Source: Spirochaetales bacterium
GTDB lineage: Bacteria; Spirochaetota; Spirochaetia; DTKZ01
Direction: 5' to 3'
Assembly (NCBI GenBank): GCA_031280945.1
Contig: JAITGB010000182.1
Coordinates: 1-34,914 of the forward strand
DNA: 34,914 bases
Each line of letters starts with the position of its first letter. The stretch's first letter is position 1. The notes beneath the pieces were generated by a model. It searched no databases. It was not told where the DNA came from and saw nothing but the letters and a program-made list of their open reading frames with translations. This document shows, piece after piece, positions 9,311-19,593 of this stretch. The translations under genes were made by a program, and so were the position numbers.

Positions 9311-9496
9311 CTAGTTTATCTCCCTCACTTCCACCAGGTGGCTTACTGTCCTCACCATGCCCCGGATAGCAGGATTGTCTTTTTGGACAACCGTGGAATT
9401 GATTTTTCTCAGGCCCAGGGCCTGTACAGTTTTTCTCTGGGCCGGTTTACCGCCAATTACGCTGCGAATCAAGCGAATCTCAATTTTCTCTGCCAT
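9311..9496 (-). CDS. rpmD: 50S ribosomal protein L30
   Basis: [33 protein letters not shown]... I chose the ATG at 9496; the track start at 9508 is a GTG overlapping rpsE. The start is uncertain by 4 codons. Confidence 0.93.
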   Translation of the reverse strand: MAEKIEIRLIRSVIGGKPAQRKTVQALGLRKINSTVVQKDNPAIRGMVRTVSHLVEVREIN

Positions 9497-9498
9497 AT

Positions 9499-10005
9499 TC
9501 AACCCCACAAATCCACAAGGGATTTTCCCCTGTTCTTTGCTGTAGCCTTCGCGTCCAGCATGTGTTTTATGCCGTCAAAAACAGCCTTCACCGTGTTAAT
9601 GGGATTCCGTGAACCCATGGACTTTGCGAGAATATCGCTTATGCCGCCAACTTCCATAATAGCGCGCACAGCCCCCCCCGCAATAACGCCTGTTCCCGGT
9701 GCGGCGGGCTTCAAAATAACCTTGGCGCTCTTGAAACGCCCGATATACTGATGCGGCAGAGTTTCCTTCTTGCGGGGGATTGTTACGAAATTCCTCTTGG
9801 CCTTGTCTACACCCTTGCGGATAGCCTCGGACACATCGTTCGCCTTTCCAAAACCGTAGCCCACTTTACCGTTTCTGTCGCCTACAACAACAAGGGCGGA
9901 AAAGGAAAACCTGCGTCCGCCCTTGACGACTTTGGCAACGCGGTTCAGGCTAATCAGCTTTTCCGCGAATTCCTTGCTCTTTTCTGCTCTTTCGTACTGC
10001 ACCAT
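9499..10005 (-). CDS. rpsE: 30S ribosomal protein S5
   Basis: [36 protein letters not shown] is S5-typical. Confidence 0.98.
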   Translation of the reverse strand: MVQYERAEKSKEFAEKLISLNRVAKVVKGGRRFSFSALVVVGDRNGKVGYGFGKANDVSEAIRKGVDKAKRNFVTIPRKKETLPHQYIGRFKSAKVILKPAAPGTGVIAGGAVRAIMEVGGISDILAKSMGSRNPINTVKAVFDGIKHMLDAKATAKNRGKSLVDLWG

Positions 10006-10011
10006 ATCCCC

Positions 10012-10371
10012 CTAAAATTCAATCCCCGCCTTGCGCGCGCCGTCGGCAACAGCCTTGACAATCCCGTGATACAGGTACCCGTTTCTGTCAAAAACGACCT
10101 TCTGAATATTCACCTTCTTGAGCCTTTCCCCTGCGGCAATACCGATTTTCTCCGCATCGGCCACAGTGTTTTTTACGGCAGAAAGCTCCTTCTCCAGGTT
10201 GGAAGCCGCTACGAGGGTGCGGCCCGTGGTATCGTCAATAACCTGAATATAGGTATGCTTGTTGCTGCGGAAAACCGTCAAGCGGGGCCGGCCTTGAGTT
10301 CCGTAGATTTTTTTGCGTACCCTGAGTTTTCTGCGCGCCTTCTGCGCGTTTTTCAGTTCAATCCTGTTCAT
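10012..10371 (-). CDS. rplR: 50S ribosomal protein L18
   Basis: [35 protein letters not shown]... [19 protein letters not shown]. Confidence 0.98.
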   Translation of the reverse strand: MNRIELKNAQKARRKLRVRKKIYGTQGRPRLTVFRSNKHTYIQVIDDTTGRTLVAASNLEKELSAVKNTVADAEKIGIAAGERLKKVNIQKVVFDRNGYLYHGIVKAVADGARKAGIEF

Positions 10372-10374
10372 AAC

Positions 10375-10914
10375 TTACTTCACTCCAGTCTTGCCGACTT
10401 TCCGCCGTATGGTTTCGGTTTCGTACTTTATGCCCTTGCCTTTATAGGGCTCAGGCGGACGTATGGAGCGGATGTCCGAGGCCACCTGCCCCACCCTCTC
10501 CTTGTTGATGCCGCTGACAATTACCTTGCTCTGGGATTCACATTCAATTTTGAGCCCTTCGGGAATGGGATATTCCACAACATTGGAAAAACCCAAACTT
10601 AAAAGAAGACTCTTTCCCTGAATTTCCGCCCTGTACCCAACGCCGTTTATGATAAGGGCCTTCTGAAAGCCCTTGGTAACACCCACGACCATATTATCAA
10701 AAAGTTTCCGGTACAGCCCGTGCATGGCGCGGGTTCTCTTGAGGTCGTTCTTGCGGGTAACGATTCCCGTACTGTTTTCAACTTTGATTTCTACATCCGG
10801 GTGAATCATCTGGCTGAGTTTTCCCTTGGGGCCCTCAACGGACAAAATCCGGGAAACCATCTCAACCTTGACCCCCTGCGGAATCAGAACCGGCATTCTT
10901 CCTATGCGCGACAT
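10375..10914 (-). CDS. rplF: 50S ribosomal protein L6
   Basis: [19 protein letters not shown]... [14 protein letters not shown]. Confidence 0.98.
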   Translation of the reverse strand: MSRIGRMPVLIPQGVKVEMVSRILSVEGPKGKLSQMIHPDVEIKVENSTGIVTRKNDLKRTRAMHGLYRKLFDNMVVGVTKGFQKALIINGVGYRAEIQGKSLLLSLGFSNVVEYPIPEGLKIECESQSKVIVSGINKERVGQVASDIRSIRPPEPYKGKGIKYETETIRRKVGKTGVK

Positions 10915-10924
10915 CTCTTACCCC

Positions 10925-11323
10925 TTACCAAACCGAACAAATTAGCTCGCCGCCGACCTTTTTTTCAAAGGCCTTTTTCCCCGTGGTAACTCCCGCGGAG
11001 GTCGAAATAATAAGCGTGCCGTATCCGTTAAAAATCCTCGGCATACCCTTGTAGCCGGAATACACCCGCCGGCCCGGAGTCGAAATCTTCTTTAACCCGT
11101 GAATAATGGGATTCTGCGCATCGTCGTACTTCAAAAAGACACGGATATAGTTCAGGTTATCCTGATTAATCTTTTTGAAATTCTTCACGTAGCCCTCGTT
11201 CTTGAGAATTTTGACTATCTCCAGCTTAAGCCGAGACGTAGCAATATCCACCTTCTCAAAACGAGCCATGCTCGCGTTGCGTATTTTTGTCAACATATCC
11301 GCAATGGGATCGGAACAGCTCAT
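10925..11323 (-). CDS. rpsH: 30S ribosomal protein S8
   Basis: [23 protein letters not shown]... GGELICSVW. Confidence 0.98.
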   Translation of the reverse strand: MSCSDPIADMLTKIRNASMARFEKVDIATSRLKLEIVKILKNEGYVKNFKKINQDNLNYIRVFLKYDDAQNPIIHGLKKISTPGRRVYSGYKGMPRIFNGYGTLIISTSAGVTTGKKAFEKKVGGELICSVW

Positions 11324-11335
11324 ATTCTCCCCTCC

Positions 11336-11521
11336 CTACCAGCTAGATTTCGTAATTCCGGGGATTAACCCCTCACTCGCAAACTTTCTAAAACACAACC
11401 TGCACATCTGAAACTTCCTGATATACCCGCGCGGTCTTCCACACAGTTTGCAGCGGTTTACTCTTCTCGTGCTGAACTTGGGCTTTCTCTCAGCCTTTAC
11501 AATCATCGCTTTTCTTGCCAT
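11336..11521 (-). CDS. rpsN: 30S ribosomal protein S14, zinc-binding type Z
   Basis: 61 aa with [22 protein letters not shown] (CxxC..CxxC) and a C-terminal KSSW. Confidence 0.97.
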   Translation of the reverse strand: MARKAMIVKAERKPKFSTRRVNRCKLCGRPRGYIRKFQMCRLCFRKFASEGLIPGITKSSW

Positions 11522-11535
11522 CGAATCCTCACCCT

Positions 11536-12093
11536 TTATTTTCTGAACGGCATTCCAAGCCGGGCGAGAAGACTTTTCGCTTCCGCATCGGTTTTTGCCG
11601 TGGTAACAATGACAATGTTCATCCCCGTAACCTGCTCAATCTTGTCGTAGTCTATTTCGGGAAAAATAATTTGCTCGGTAATCCCCAGAGAAAAATTTCC
11701 GTGGCCGTCAAAGGCGTTGCCGTTTACGCCACGAAAGTCCTTTACCCGCGGCAGAGCCACGTTAACGAGCCTGTCAAAAAACTCGTACATACGCACACCC
11801 CGCAGCGTTACCTTTACGCCGATTTCCTGCCCCTCGCGGATTTTGAAATTCGCTATAGACTTCCGGGCACGGGTTTTTATCGCCTTCTGCCCCGTAATCT
11901 GCGTAACCTCCGCTACAGCCGACTCAAGAAACTTCTTGTTGCTTACAGCCTCTCCCACTCCCATGCTCACAATAATTTTCTCGAGCCGGGGAATCTGCAT
12001 GGACGACGTGTAGGAAAATTCCGTTTTCAGTTCCGGGGCGGTCTTTTCCCTGTAGAGCTTCCGCAGCCTCGGTTCGTATGTTTGCTCTGCCAT
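11536..12093 (-). CDS. rplE: 50S ribosomal protein L5
   Basis: [15 protein letters not shown]... [25 protein letters not shown]. Confidence 0.98.
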   Translation of the reverse strand: MAEQTYEPRLRKLYREKTAPELKTEFSYTSSMQIPRLEKIIVSMGVGEAVSNKKFLESAVAEVTQITGQKAIKTRARKSIANFKIREGQEIGVKVTLRGVRMYEFFDRLVNVALPRVKDFRGVNGNAFDGHGNFSLGITEQIIFPEIDYDKIEQVTGMNIVIVTTAKTDAEAKSLLARLGMPFRK

Positions 12094-12417
12094 CTATACA
12101 ACCTCTCCACACTTTTTGCAGAACCGGACTTTTTTGCCGTTCTCAAGTTTATATCCCGTCCTCACAGGCCCGCACTTCCTGCACACAATCTTGACATTGG
12201 AAATATGCAAAGCTGCCTCAACCTCGGCAATTCCGCCGCGGTCGTTCTGCTTTTTCTTTTTGAGGGCCTTTTTGACAAGGTTTACGCCCTCAACAAGAAC
12301 GCGAGCCTTCTCCTGGTCAACCCGCAGAACCCGCCCGCTCTTGCCCTTTTCCTTTCCGGCAATTACCTTGACCTCATCATTTTTCTTTACGCGGAAAACC
12401 GTTTTCGTTTTTTCCAT
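12094..12417 (-). CDS. rplX: 50S ribosomal protein L24 (KOW domain plus C-terminal CxxC-x17-CxxC)
   Basis: MEKTKTVFRVKKNDEVKVIAGKEKGKSGRVLRV... I chose the ATG at 12417 (AGGAG with 6-nt spacing). The ATG at 12423 is only 1 nt from the SD, and the track start at 12456 overlaps rplN. Confidence 0.94.
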   Translation of the reverse strand: MEKTKTVFRVKKNDEVKVIAGKEKGKSGRVLRVDQEKARVLVEGVNLVKKALKKKKQNDRGGIAEVEAALHISNVKIVCRKCGPVRTGYKLENGKKVRFCKKCGEVV

Positions 12418-12427
12418 TCCCATTCTC

Positions 12428-12805
12428 CTAGAGGACTTCCGGCGCAAGGGAAACAATCTTCATAAAAGAGCCCTCTCGGATATCCCGTAGCTCCCGCGCG
12501 ACAGGCCCGAAAATTCTCTTTCCCTTGGGGTTGTACCCCGCATCGATAATAACACAGGCATTGTCATCAAAGCGTATATAGGTTCCGTCCGGACGCCGGA
12601 ACTCTTTTGTCGTGCGCACAATAACCGCCTTCTCCACATTGCCCTTCTTGACCTGGGCATTGGGAAGCGCGTCCTTGACAGCGACAACGATAATATCGCC
12701 CACCCCCGCGTACTTGCGCTTGGAGCCGCCAAGAACCTTGATACATTGGACGATTTTGGCGCCGCTGTTGTCCGCAACATTCAAGAACGTATTCATCTGA
12801 ATCAT
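12428..12805 (-). CDS. rplN: 50S ribosomal protein L14
   Basis: [27 protein letters not shown]... is the canonical L14 start. The track ORF start at 12901 is an upstream over-extension into rpsQ. Confidence 0.97.
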   Translation of the reverse strand: MIQMNTFLNVADNSGAKIVQCIKVLGGSKRKYAGVGDIIVVAVKDALPNAQVKKGNVEKAVIVRTTKEFRRPDGTYIRFDDNACVIIDAGYNPKGKRIFGPVARELRDIREGSFMKIVSLAPEVL

Positions 12806-12837
12806 AACGTCCACCCTACCTTTCCAAACTCTTACTC

Positions 12838-13116
12838 TTATCTGGCCCGTTCCACAATTTCCACAAGCCGCCAGTGCTTGTCTTTGGAAAGGGGCCGGCA
12901 CTCAATCACCCGCACCGTATCGCCAATGTGCGCCTCGCCCGCCTCATCGTGAGCCTTGATTTTCTTCGTCTTGCTCACATATTTCTTATACAGCCTGTGA
13001 AGCTGCCGCGAAGATATTTGCACCACAATGGTTTTCTGCATCTTGTCGCTTACCACTTCTCCGGTAAGAACCTTTTTCGCGGTCTTCTTCTTTTCCATGC
13101 CGGTTGTTTCCACCAT
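12838..13116 (-). CDS. rpsQ: 30S ribosomal protein S17
   Basis: [21 protein letters not shown]... [24 protein letters not shown]; AGGAG lies 5-6 nt before the ATG at 13116. Confidence 0.96.
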   Translation of the reverse strand: MVETTGMEKKKTAKKVLTGEVVSDKMQKTIVVQISSRQLHRLYKKYVSKTKKIKAHDEAGEAHIGDTVRVIECRPLSKDKHWRLVEIVERAR

Positions 13117-13136
13117 TCTTCTCCTAAAACCTGCCC

Positions 13137-13325
13137 TTACCTGGCGGATTTCGCGTGAATCAGAGTATTCAGCCGGGCGATTTTCCGGCGCAAAACACGT
13201 TTCTCCAGGGGATTTTCCACATGCCCCATAACCATATCAAAGCGGAGTTTAAAATACTTCTCTGAAAACTCATTCCGCTTGGCATCAAGTTCAGCCAAAG
13301 TAAGTTCCTTGAAAGAATCCTTCAT
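13137..13325 (-). CDS. rpmC: 50S ribosomal protein L29
   Basis: [29 protein letters not shown]... ATG at 13325 with a GGGAGAAGG SD; the track start at 13436 overlaps rplP. Confidence 0.95.
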   Translation of the reverse strand: MKDSFKELTLAELDAKRNEFSEKYFKLRFDMVMGHVENPLEKRVLRRKIARLNTLIHAKSAR

Positions 13326-13335
13326 CACCTTCTCC

Positions 13336-13755
13336 CTATTCCTTGCGTTCGCAAAACTTCGTGCGTACCGGCAGTTTGCTTCCCGCGAGAGCCAGGGCCT
13401 CCTCCGCAATTTCCTTTGCCACGCCCGCGATTTCAAACATCACCGTTCCCGGCTTGACCGCGGCCACCCAATACTCAGGACTCCCCTTCCCCTTGCCCAT
13501 GCGGGTTTCCGCAGGCTTTTTTGTGTAGGGCACATCGGGGAAAATCCGTATCCACACCTTGCCGCCCCTTTTCATGTGGCGCGTCATGGCAATACGGGCC
13601 GCCTCAATCTGCCTGTTTGTAATCCACTTGGGGTCCATACAGATAAGTCCGTATTCCCCGAATTCGAGGCTGTTGTTCCTTGTCGCGTAGCCGCCAAGGG
13701 TTTTCTTGACCTGCCGCATACGTTTGCGGTACTTCGTTCTTTTGGGGCTTAACAT
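13336..13755 (-). CDS. rplP: 50S ribosomal protein L16
   Basis: [15 protein letters not shown]... [27 protein letters not shown] at 13755, 1 nt after the rpsC stop. Confidence 0.97.
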   Translation of the reverse strand: MLSPKRTKYRKRMRQVKKTLGGYATRNNSLEFGEYGLICMDPKWITNRQIEAARIAMTRHMKRGGKVWIRIFPDVPYTKKPAETRMGKGKGSPEYWVAAVKPGTVMFEIAGVAKEIAEEALALAGSKLPVRTKFCERKE

Positions 13756-13756
13756 A

Positions 13757-14464
13757 TCAACTCCTCGAAAAATCCTTTTCTTTGTCCTTGCGCTTGCGCA
13801 CAAGGGCGCCCGCGTCCTCTTTTTTATCGCGCCGGAACACCTCACCCGCAAAGACCCACACCTTAACGCCAATTGCTCCGAAAGTTGTATACGCCTCCGT
13901 AAAACCGTAATCGATATTGGCCCGGAGCGTATGCAGAGGAACACGGCCTTCCCTGTACCCCTCAGTACGGGACATTTCCGCGCCGCCGAGCCTCCCCGAC
14001 ACCCTCACGCGAACACCCTGAACGCCCGCCTTCATGGCGCCGTTTATCGCCATTTTGAGGGTACGCCGGAAAGAAGACCTCGCCTTGAGCTGGCGGGCAA
14101 TGTTTTCCGCGATAAGCTGGGCATTGGTTTCCGGCCTCTTTATTTCCTTGATTTTAAGCTGAATCTTCTTGCCAGCCGCCTTTTGCAGGGTAGCGCCGAT
14201 TTTTTCTATAGTAGCGCCCTTTGTTCCGATAATAACGCCGGGACGCGCCGTATGTATCAAGAGGGTAATCCTCTGGGGATGCCTAATGATTTCCACCTCG
14301 GCGATTTCAGCGCTTTTGGCTTCCGGGCAGCCGGCAAGAATTTTCCGCAGGCGAAGGTCTTCGTGCAGGGTATTTGCGTACTCCCTCGGGTCAACGTACC
14401 ACTTTGATTTCCAGGTCTTGTTTATCCCCAGCCGAATACCATTCGGATTAACTTTCTGTCCCAC
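13757..14464 (-). CDS. rpsC: 30S ribosomal protein S3
   Basis: (V->M)[22 protein letters not shown]... is the canonical S3 N-terminus. GTG at 14462-14464, directly after the rplV stop; the track start at 14500 would overlap rplV. Confidence 0.95.
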   Translation of the reverse strand: MGQKVNPNGIRLGINKTWKSKWYVDPREYANTLHEDLRLRKILAGCPEAKSAEIAEVEIIRHPQRITLLIHTARPGVIIGTKGATIEKIGATLQKAAGKKIQLKIKEIKRPETNAQLIAENIARQLKARSSFRRTLKMAINGAMKAGVQGVRVRVSGRLGGAEMSRTEGYREGRVPLHTLRANIDYGFTEAYTTFGAIGVKVWVFAGEVFRRDKKEDAGALVRKRKDKEKDFSRS

Positions 14465-14465
14465 C

Positions 14466-14837
14466 TTACGCCCCCGCCTTTGTAATTTCGTCCACCACAA
14501 CGGTTATATGGCTCATCCTTTTGAGGAGCATATCCGCCCGCCCGCGTCCGCGCAGCCACATTCTCTTTATCCTCGGACCTTCGTTGACAAGAAGCTCGCG
14601 GATATACAGCATATCCTCATCAAGGTTTTTATTCTGATACAGAGCATTTGCCGCCGCGGATTTTACAACCTTCCTGAGGAGCTTCGCGCCCTTATGGGGA
14701 AGAACATCAAGAAGCGCAACAGCTTCCGCGTAGGGCCTGCGGCGTATATTATCCGCTACCCGCCTCACCTTTGACGGCGAAATAAGAAGGTACTTCGCTT
14801 CCGCCCTGTAACCGCTTTTCTCTGCCATTCTTTTCAT
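14466..14837 (-). CDS. rplV: 50S ribosomal protein L22
   Basis: [43 protein letters not shown]. The start is at 14837 or the ATG at 14828. Confidence 0.96.
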   Translation of the reverse strand: MKRMAEKSGYRAEAKYLLISPSKVRRVADNIRRRPYAEAVALLDVLPHKGAKLLRKVVKSAAANALYQNKNLDEDMLYIRELLVNEGPRIKRMWLRGRGRADMLLKRMSHITVVVDEITKAGA

Positions 14838-14839
14838 CC

Positions 14840-15121
14840 TTACTTCTTCTCGGCTTTTTTATCCGAACCCGAATGTCCACGAAAAATTCTGGTCGGCGAG
14901 AACTCGCCCAGCTTGTGTCCCACCAGATTTTCCGTAATGTATACGGGAACCCACGCCTTGCCGTTGTATACGGAAATTGTCATACCCACCATCTCCGGAA
15001 TAATTGTGGAACAGCGCGAAAAAGTCTTTATCATACGCCGTTCACCGGATTTGTTCATCGCGATGATTTTGGAATAGAGGCTTTTCTCTATGAACGGACC
15101 CTTTTTTATCGACCTCGACAC
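14840..15121 (-). CDS. rpsS: 30S ribosomal protein S19
   Basis: (M)[14 protein letters not shown]... [16 protein letters not shown]; GTG start with AGGAG 6 nt upstream. Confidence 0.97.
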   Translation of the reverse strand: MSRSIKKGPFIEKSLYSKIIAMNKSGERRMIKTFSRCSTIIPEMVGMTISVYNGKAWVPVYITENLVGHKLGEFSPTRIFRGHSGSDKKAEKK

Positions 15122-15130
15122 AACATACTC

Positions 15131-15946
15131 CTATTTCCTTCTCTTGACAATAAAAGCGCTGGACTGCTTTCTTTTCTTGCGCGTTTTGTAACCCTTGGCG
15201 GGAACGCCCGTAGGCGAAACCGGATGCTGACCGCCCTTTGTACGTCCGCCCAGAGGATGGTCTACAGGGTTCATGGCCTCACCGCGAACCTTGGGCCGCC
15301 TTCCCAGCCAGCGGGCGCGGCCCGCCTTGCCGAGGGTAACGTTCATGTGCTCATCGTTACCCACAACGCCCACCGTGGCGCAGCATTTTTTAAAAACCAT
15401 GCGCATTTCGCCGGAAGGCAGCTTGAGGGTAACATAATTGCCCTCTTTTGCAGCCACAACAGCCGCAGCCCCCGCCGAACGCACAAGCTGCCCACCCCTG
15501 CCCTTTGTCAGCTCAACGTTATGAACCGCGGTTCCCAAAGGCATCTCCTCCAGAGGCAAAGCATTGCCCAAACTGGGAGGAGCGCCCGCGCCGCTTACAA
15601 CGAAGTCACCCTTCTTCAGGCCCTTGGGCGCGAGAATATACCGCTTCTCACCATCCTTATAGAAGATAAGAGCGATGTTGGCGCTTCTATTGGGGTCGTA
15701 CTCCAGGGCAGTAACCCTCCCCTCAATGCCAGCCTTGTCCCGCAGAAAATCTATACGGCGGAGCTTTCTCTTGTGGCCGCCGCCCCTGCGCCGCACACTG
15801 ATGCGTCCGCCCGCTCCCCGGCCAGCCGTAGACGACTTTCCTTTCGTAAGCGCCTTTTCAGCCTTTTTCCCGTCAAGCTCCTCAAAGGTTAACCCCGTGG
15901 TAAACCTCATGCTCGGAGTTACAGGGTTGAACTTTTTGATACCCAC
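15131..15946 (-). CDS. rplB: 50S ribosomal protein L2
   Basis: (M)GIKKFNPVTPSMRF... MNPVDHPLGGRTKGGQHPVSP; GTG start. Confidence 0.98.
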   Translation of the reverse strand: MGIKKFNPVTPSMRFTTGLTFEELDGKKAEKALTKGKSSTAGRGAGGRISVRRRGGGHKRKLRRIDFLRDKAGIEGRVTALEYDPNRSANIALIFYKDGEKRYILAPKGLKKGDFVVSGAGAPPSLGNALPLEEMPLGTAVHNVELTKGRGGQLVRSAGAAAVVAAKEGNYVTLKLPSGEMRMVFKKCCATVGVVGNDEHMNVTLGKAGRARWLGRRPKVRGEAMNPVDHPLGGRTKGGQHPVSPTGVPAKGYKTRKKRKQSSAFIVKRRK

Positions 15947-15969
15947 TCACATCCCCCTAGCAAAGCGCC

Positions 15970-16254
15970 TCAGGCGCCCTCAAAAACAGCAATTTTCTCG
16001 CCCTTGGCAAGGGTAACAACAGCCTTCTTCCATGACGAGGTAAGACCCGGCCTGTTTCGCAGACGCTTGGGCTTTCCGCCAACATTTATGATATTGCAGG
16101 CCACAGGATGCACATTAAAAAGTTTTCGCACAGCCTCGGAAATCTGATACTTGTTTGCCCGAGGGTCCACACGAAAAACATACTTGCCCGCTTCCCGCAG
16201 GGCGTTGCTCTTTTCCGTTAAAACCGGCGCAATGATAATACTCTCTTTTGTCAT
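15970..16254 (-). CDS. rplW: 50S ribosomal protein L23
   Basis: IIIAPVLTEKSNALREAGKYVFRVDPRANKYQISEAVRKLFNV. Its ATG overlaps the rplD stop (ATGA). Confidence 0.97.
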   Translation of the reverse strand: MTKESIIIAPVLTEKSNALREAGKYVFRVDPRANKYQISEAVRKLFNVHPVACNIINVGGKPKRLRNRPGLTSSWKKAVVTLAKGEKIAVFEGA

Positions 16255-16895
16255 ACGGACGCCTCCGCCGTGCTGCCGCTGTAAAAATCGTTCAACTTTT
16301 GCGCAGCAGTTTCGAGTACAAGAATGTTTCTCCCGTAAAAAAGGTCATGCGCGCGGAGCCTGTTGTACGACAAAAACCGCACCAAAGGCAGGTTCGCCCC
16401 CGCCCTCTTGATAAGAACGTCATCGTCCTTCAAAACAATCACCGTTCTCTCATCCGGCGCAAGTTTCTTCAGAATAGCCTTCAAATCGCGGGTCTTGCCC
16501 GAAGCAACGGAAAAATCCTCCACGATTTTGAGCCGGTCTTCCCTTACCTTGAGGCTCAAAATCGACTTCATCGCAAGACGCTTGAGTTTGCGCGGAAGCT
16601 GCCAGGAATAATCCCGGGGGCGCGGCCCAAAAACAATTCCGCCCCCGACCCACACAGGAGACCTCCTGCGGCCCGCGCGGGCGCGGCCCGTCCCCTTCTG
16701 CTTCCAGGGCTTGCGGCTCGTACCCTTTACCTCAGCGCGGGTTTTCGTACAGGCCGTACCCAGACGGCAGTTGGCAAGCTCGCTGCAAATAGCGTAGTAG
16801 ATAGCCCCATCGCTCACCTTGCGGTTAAAAACCTCGTCCGCAAGTTCAAGAGTCCGTATTTCCTCGCCCTGTATTGAAAAGACCTTTTTTTCCAT
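16251..16895 (-). CDS. rplD: 50S ribosomal protein L4
   Basis: [35 protein letters not shown] is L4-typical. Confidence 0.98.
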   Translation of the reverse strand: MEKKVFSIQGEEIRTLELADEVFNRKVSDGAIYYAICSELANCRLGTACTKTRAEVKGTSRKPWKQKGTGRARAGRRRSPVWVGGGIVFGPRPRDYSWQLPRKLKRLAMKSILSLKVREDRLKIVEDFSVASGKTRDLKAILKKLAPDERTVIVLKDDDVLIKRAGANLPLVRFLSYNRLRAHDLFYGRNILVLETAAQKLNDFYSGSTAEASV

Positions 16896-16904
16896 TCCAG
16901 TCCC

Positions 16905-17531
16905 CTACATCTCTTTCTTCCGGGAATAGGTAACGAGAACCATTCCGTTCCTCGCGCCGGGAACAGCGCCCTTCACGAGAAGAACCTGCTTTTCCTTGTC
17001 GATTCTGACAAGCTCCAGATTCTGAACCGTTACCTTCTCACCGCCCATACGGCCCGGCATCTTCGCGTTTTTGAAAACGTGGCCCGGATACGTGTTCTGG
17101 CCCGTTGAACCCGGAGCGCGGTGAAACTTTGAACCGTGGGTCGCCCGTCCGCCGCTGAAGCCGTAACGCTTCATAACGCCCTGAAAACCCTTGCCCTTGC
17201 TCTTTGCGCGCACATCAACGTAACGGCAGCCGTCAAACACATCTACCCCCATAAGGTCGCCCGCGGCGCAGTCCTTGTCGAAGTCCGCTATTTCCACCAA
17301 ATATCTCTTGGGCGAAATCTCGCCCTTAAACTGCCCCCTGTACGGCTTTGAAAGCCTGTTCTCCTTGACATCCTCAGCGCCAAGAACAACAGCATCGTAA
17401 CCACATTTTTCCCTGGTTCGTTCCGACACAACAGTGTTCGGCTCAATCTTGATAACCGTAACCGGGGTTAGAATCCCCTGTTCATCGAACACCTGGGTCA
17501 TTCCGACTTTCTTTCCGATAAGCCCAATCAT
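16905..17531 (-). CDS. rplC: 50S ribosomal protein L3
   Basis: MIGLIGKKVGMTQVFDEQG... KGKGFQGVMKRYGFSGGRATHGS. Confidence 0.98.
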   Translation of the reverse strand: MIGLIGKKVGMTQVFDEQGILTPVTVIKIEPNTVVSERTREKCGYDAVVLGAEDVKENRLSKPYRGQFKGEISPKRYLVEIADFDKDCAAGDLMGVDVFDGCRYVDVRAKSKGKGFQGVMKRYGFSGGRATHGSKFHRAPGSTGQNTYPGHVFKNAKMPGRMGGEKVTVQNLELVRIDKEKQVLLVKGAVPGARNGMVLVTYSRKKEM

Positions 17532-17540
17532 TGTGAACCC

Positions 17541-17849
17541 CTACTGCTTTATTTCAACATCCACACCCGCAGGAAGCTCAAGTTTCATAAGAGCATCCAT
17601 AACCGCCGAAGTGGGTTCGATAATATCAATCAGCCGTTTGTGCGTCCTCATCTCAAATTGCTCCCGCGACTTCTTGTTGACATGGGGCGAACGCAAAACA
17701 GTAAATTTGTTAATCCGGGTTGGCAGCGGTATCGGGCCGGAAACCTGAGCCCCGGATTTTTGCACAGTCTGCACAATTGACTTGGCGCTCTGGTCTATAA
17801 GTTCAACGTCAAAACCCCTGAGCCGTACCCGAATTCTGTCCTTGGCCAT
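17541..17849 (-). CDS. rpsJ: 30S ribosomal protein S10
   Basis: [26 protein letters not shown]... [30 protein letters not shown] at 17849 with a GGAGGAAGG SD; the track start at 17903 is an over-extension. Confidence 0.97.
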   Translation of the reverse strand: MAKDRIRVRLRGFDVELIDQSAKSIVQTVQKSGAQVSGPIPLPTRINKFTVLRSPHVNKKSREQFEMRTHKRLIDIIEPTSAVMDALMKLELPAGVDVEIKQ

Positions 17850-17858
17850 CCTTCCTCC

Positions 17859-17896
17859 AAAAAGAAGCCTCGCCGCCCGGAAGCGGCAAGGCCTTC
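17859..17896 (-). terminator. intrinsic terminator / attenuator hairpin between tuf and rpsJ
   Basis: Minus strand: GAAGGCCTTGCCGC-TTCCGG-GCGGCGAGGCTTC (13 bp with one bulge) followed by TTTTT. The T-run runs straight into the rpsJ SD GGAGGAAGG. Confidence 0.65.
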
Positions 17897-17905
17897 CACT
17901 CAAAA

Positions 17906-19096
17906 TTATTCGATGATTTCCGTAACCTGGCCCGAAGCGACCGTCTTTCCACCCTCGCGGATAGCAAAACGAAGCCCCTTGTCCATAGCGATAGGATGAA
18001 TGAGCTCAACCGTGATTTCCGTATTATCGCCCGGCATAATCATCTCCTTGCCCGCCGCAAGCTCAACCGTACCGGTAATATCGGTAGTCCTGAAATAGAA
18101 CTGCGGTCTGTACCCGCCGAAGAAAGGAGAATGCCGTCCGCCCTCGTCTTTGGAAAGGACGTAGATAGCGCCCTTGAATTTCTTGCAGGGCTTAATGGAA
18201 CCCGGCTTCGCCAGAACCTGTCCGCGCTCAACTTCCTTTTTTTCTACGCCGCGCAGAAGAGCCCCGATATTGTCTCCCGCCTGACCCTCGTCCAGGAGCT
18301 TGTTGAACATCTCAACGCCCGTAACAACAGTCTTTTTGGTTTCCTTGATACCAACAATTTCCACCTCGTCACTGACCTTGACGATACCCCGGTCGATACG
18401 GCCCGTAACAACCGTACCGCGGCCCGGAATAGAGAAAACGTCCTCAATAGGCATAAGAAAAGGCTTATCAACAGGCCGCTCAGGAAGCGGAAAGTAGCTG
18501 TCCATAGCATTCAAAAGGTCCACAATACACTTGGTCTTGTCCGGGTCATCAGGATTTTCCATAGCCGGAAAAGCCGCGCCGCGGATAATGGGAATCTCGT
18601 CTCCAGGAAAGTTATACTTCTTGAGAAGGTCCCGCATCTCTTCCTCAACAAGGTCAATGAGGTCCGGGTCGTCCACCATATCAACCTTATTGATAAAAAC
18701 AATCAGGGCCGGAACGCCAACCTGCCGGGCCAAAAGAATATGCTCGTGCGTCTGGGCCATGGCCCCGTCCGCAGCGGACACAACAATCACCGCGCCGTCC
18801 ATCTGGGCCGCGCCCGTAATCATGTTTTTGATATAGTCGGCGTGTCCCGGACAGTCAACGTGGGCATAGTGCCTGTTGGTCGTCTGATACTCAACGTGCC
18901 GGGTGTTTATGGTGATACCGCGCTCCTTTTCTTCAGGAGCATTATCAATATCATCATACTTCATAACTTTGCCGCCAAACTGCTTGGCGCAAACCATGGA
19001 AATAGCCGCCGTAAGAGTGGTTTTGCCGTGGTCAACGTGACCAATAGTCCCAACGTTGATGTGCGGCTTCGTTCTTTCAAACTTTTCCTTTGCCAT
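17906..19096 (-). CDS. tuf: elongation factor Tu
   Basis: 396 aa with [18 protein letters not shown] and NKVD GTPase motifs; AAGGAGG SD. Confidence 0.99.
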   Translation of the reverse strand: MAKEKFERTKPHINVGTIGHVDHGKTTLTAAISMVCAKQFGGKVMKYDDIDNAPEEKERGITINTRHVEYQTTNRHYAHVDCPGHADYIKNMITGAAQMDGAVIVVSAADGAMAQTHEHILLARQVGVPALIVFINKVDMVDDPDLIDLVEEEMRDLLKKYNFPGDEIPIIRGAAFPAMENPDDPDKTKCIVDLLNAMDSYFPLPERPVDKPFLMPIEDVFSIPGRGTVVTGRIDRGIVKVSDEVEIVGIKETKKTVVTGVEMFNKLLDEGQAGDNIGALLRGVEKKEVERGQVLAKPGSIKPCKKFKGAIYVLSKDEGGRHSPFFGGYRPQFYFRTTDITGTVELAAGKEMIMPGDNTEITVELIHPIAMDKGLRFAIREGGKTVASGQVTEIIE

Positions 19097-19136
19097 TTTA
19101 CTGCCTCCTTACCCTGCAGACAAATAATCTTCCAAA

Positions 19137-19166
19137 CTTATATAGCAATGAACCCCGCCTTTTCAA
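19137..19166 (-). promoter_or_regulatory. candidate promoter proximal to tuf
   Basis: Minus strand: TTGAAA (19166-19161), a 16-18 nt spacer, then TATATAAG (19144-19137), about 40 nt upstream of the tuf ATG. A second candidate lies near 19455-19485: TTGACG, a 17-nt spacer, then TAGTAT. Confidence 0.4.
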
Positions 19167-19593
19167 AAAAACGCGGAAAGCTCACTAAAAACCATCCGTA
19201 ATGCCCGTGGGAAGCAGCAAAACCTAAAGCCTCCCGGCAGGGAAACCCCGCCAGCGCCCGCAGTCAAAACCGCCTCTAAAAATGGAGGAAGGAAGAACAA
19301 CGCGCGCCCGCACAGGCACACGCAAGGTCATAGGGAACGCCCCAGAGGACCTGTTCAACATCCTTACCGTCAACACCGCTCCCGGAATAACACGGAAAAG
19401 CCACGCCCCCCGGTTTCACGGAAACCCACTACTTAAAGCCGCCGAAACAGCTAGAAGGATGATTAGTCAGCCAATACTATCGAAAAATCAAAAACACGTC
19501 AATAGCAAAACAGCGAATTTTTGATTTTTTTCACCTTTTATCGCCCGCGGCCAAACCAAACCAAGTCAAGCCGCGCTATGCCGCCAGGCGCTT

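Noticed and set aside
14873-15892. 339-aa plus-strand ORF (and similar ones at 9751-10602, 11515-12465, 31371-32339, 32024-32869, 23563-24303, 24577-25281)
   Set aside because: All are antisense or alternative frames of highly conserved ribosomal or RNA polymerase genes. Their open frames reflect codon bias of the real genes, and there is no independent evidence for them.
17996-19201. 401-aa plus-strand ORF
   Set aside because: It is antisense to tuf (EF-Tu motifs are clear on the minus strand). The translation is R/N/L-rich, a shadow frame.
19282-19524. 80-aa plus-strand ORF in the rpsG-tuf spacer
   Set aside because: It has no SD, an odd composition, and is oriented against the surrounding operon, so it was treated as non-coding. 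I also saw no EF-G-like translation in any frame by eye, though only a TBLASTN search could exclude a decayed fusA fragment.
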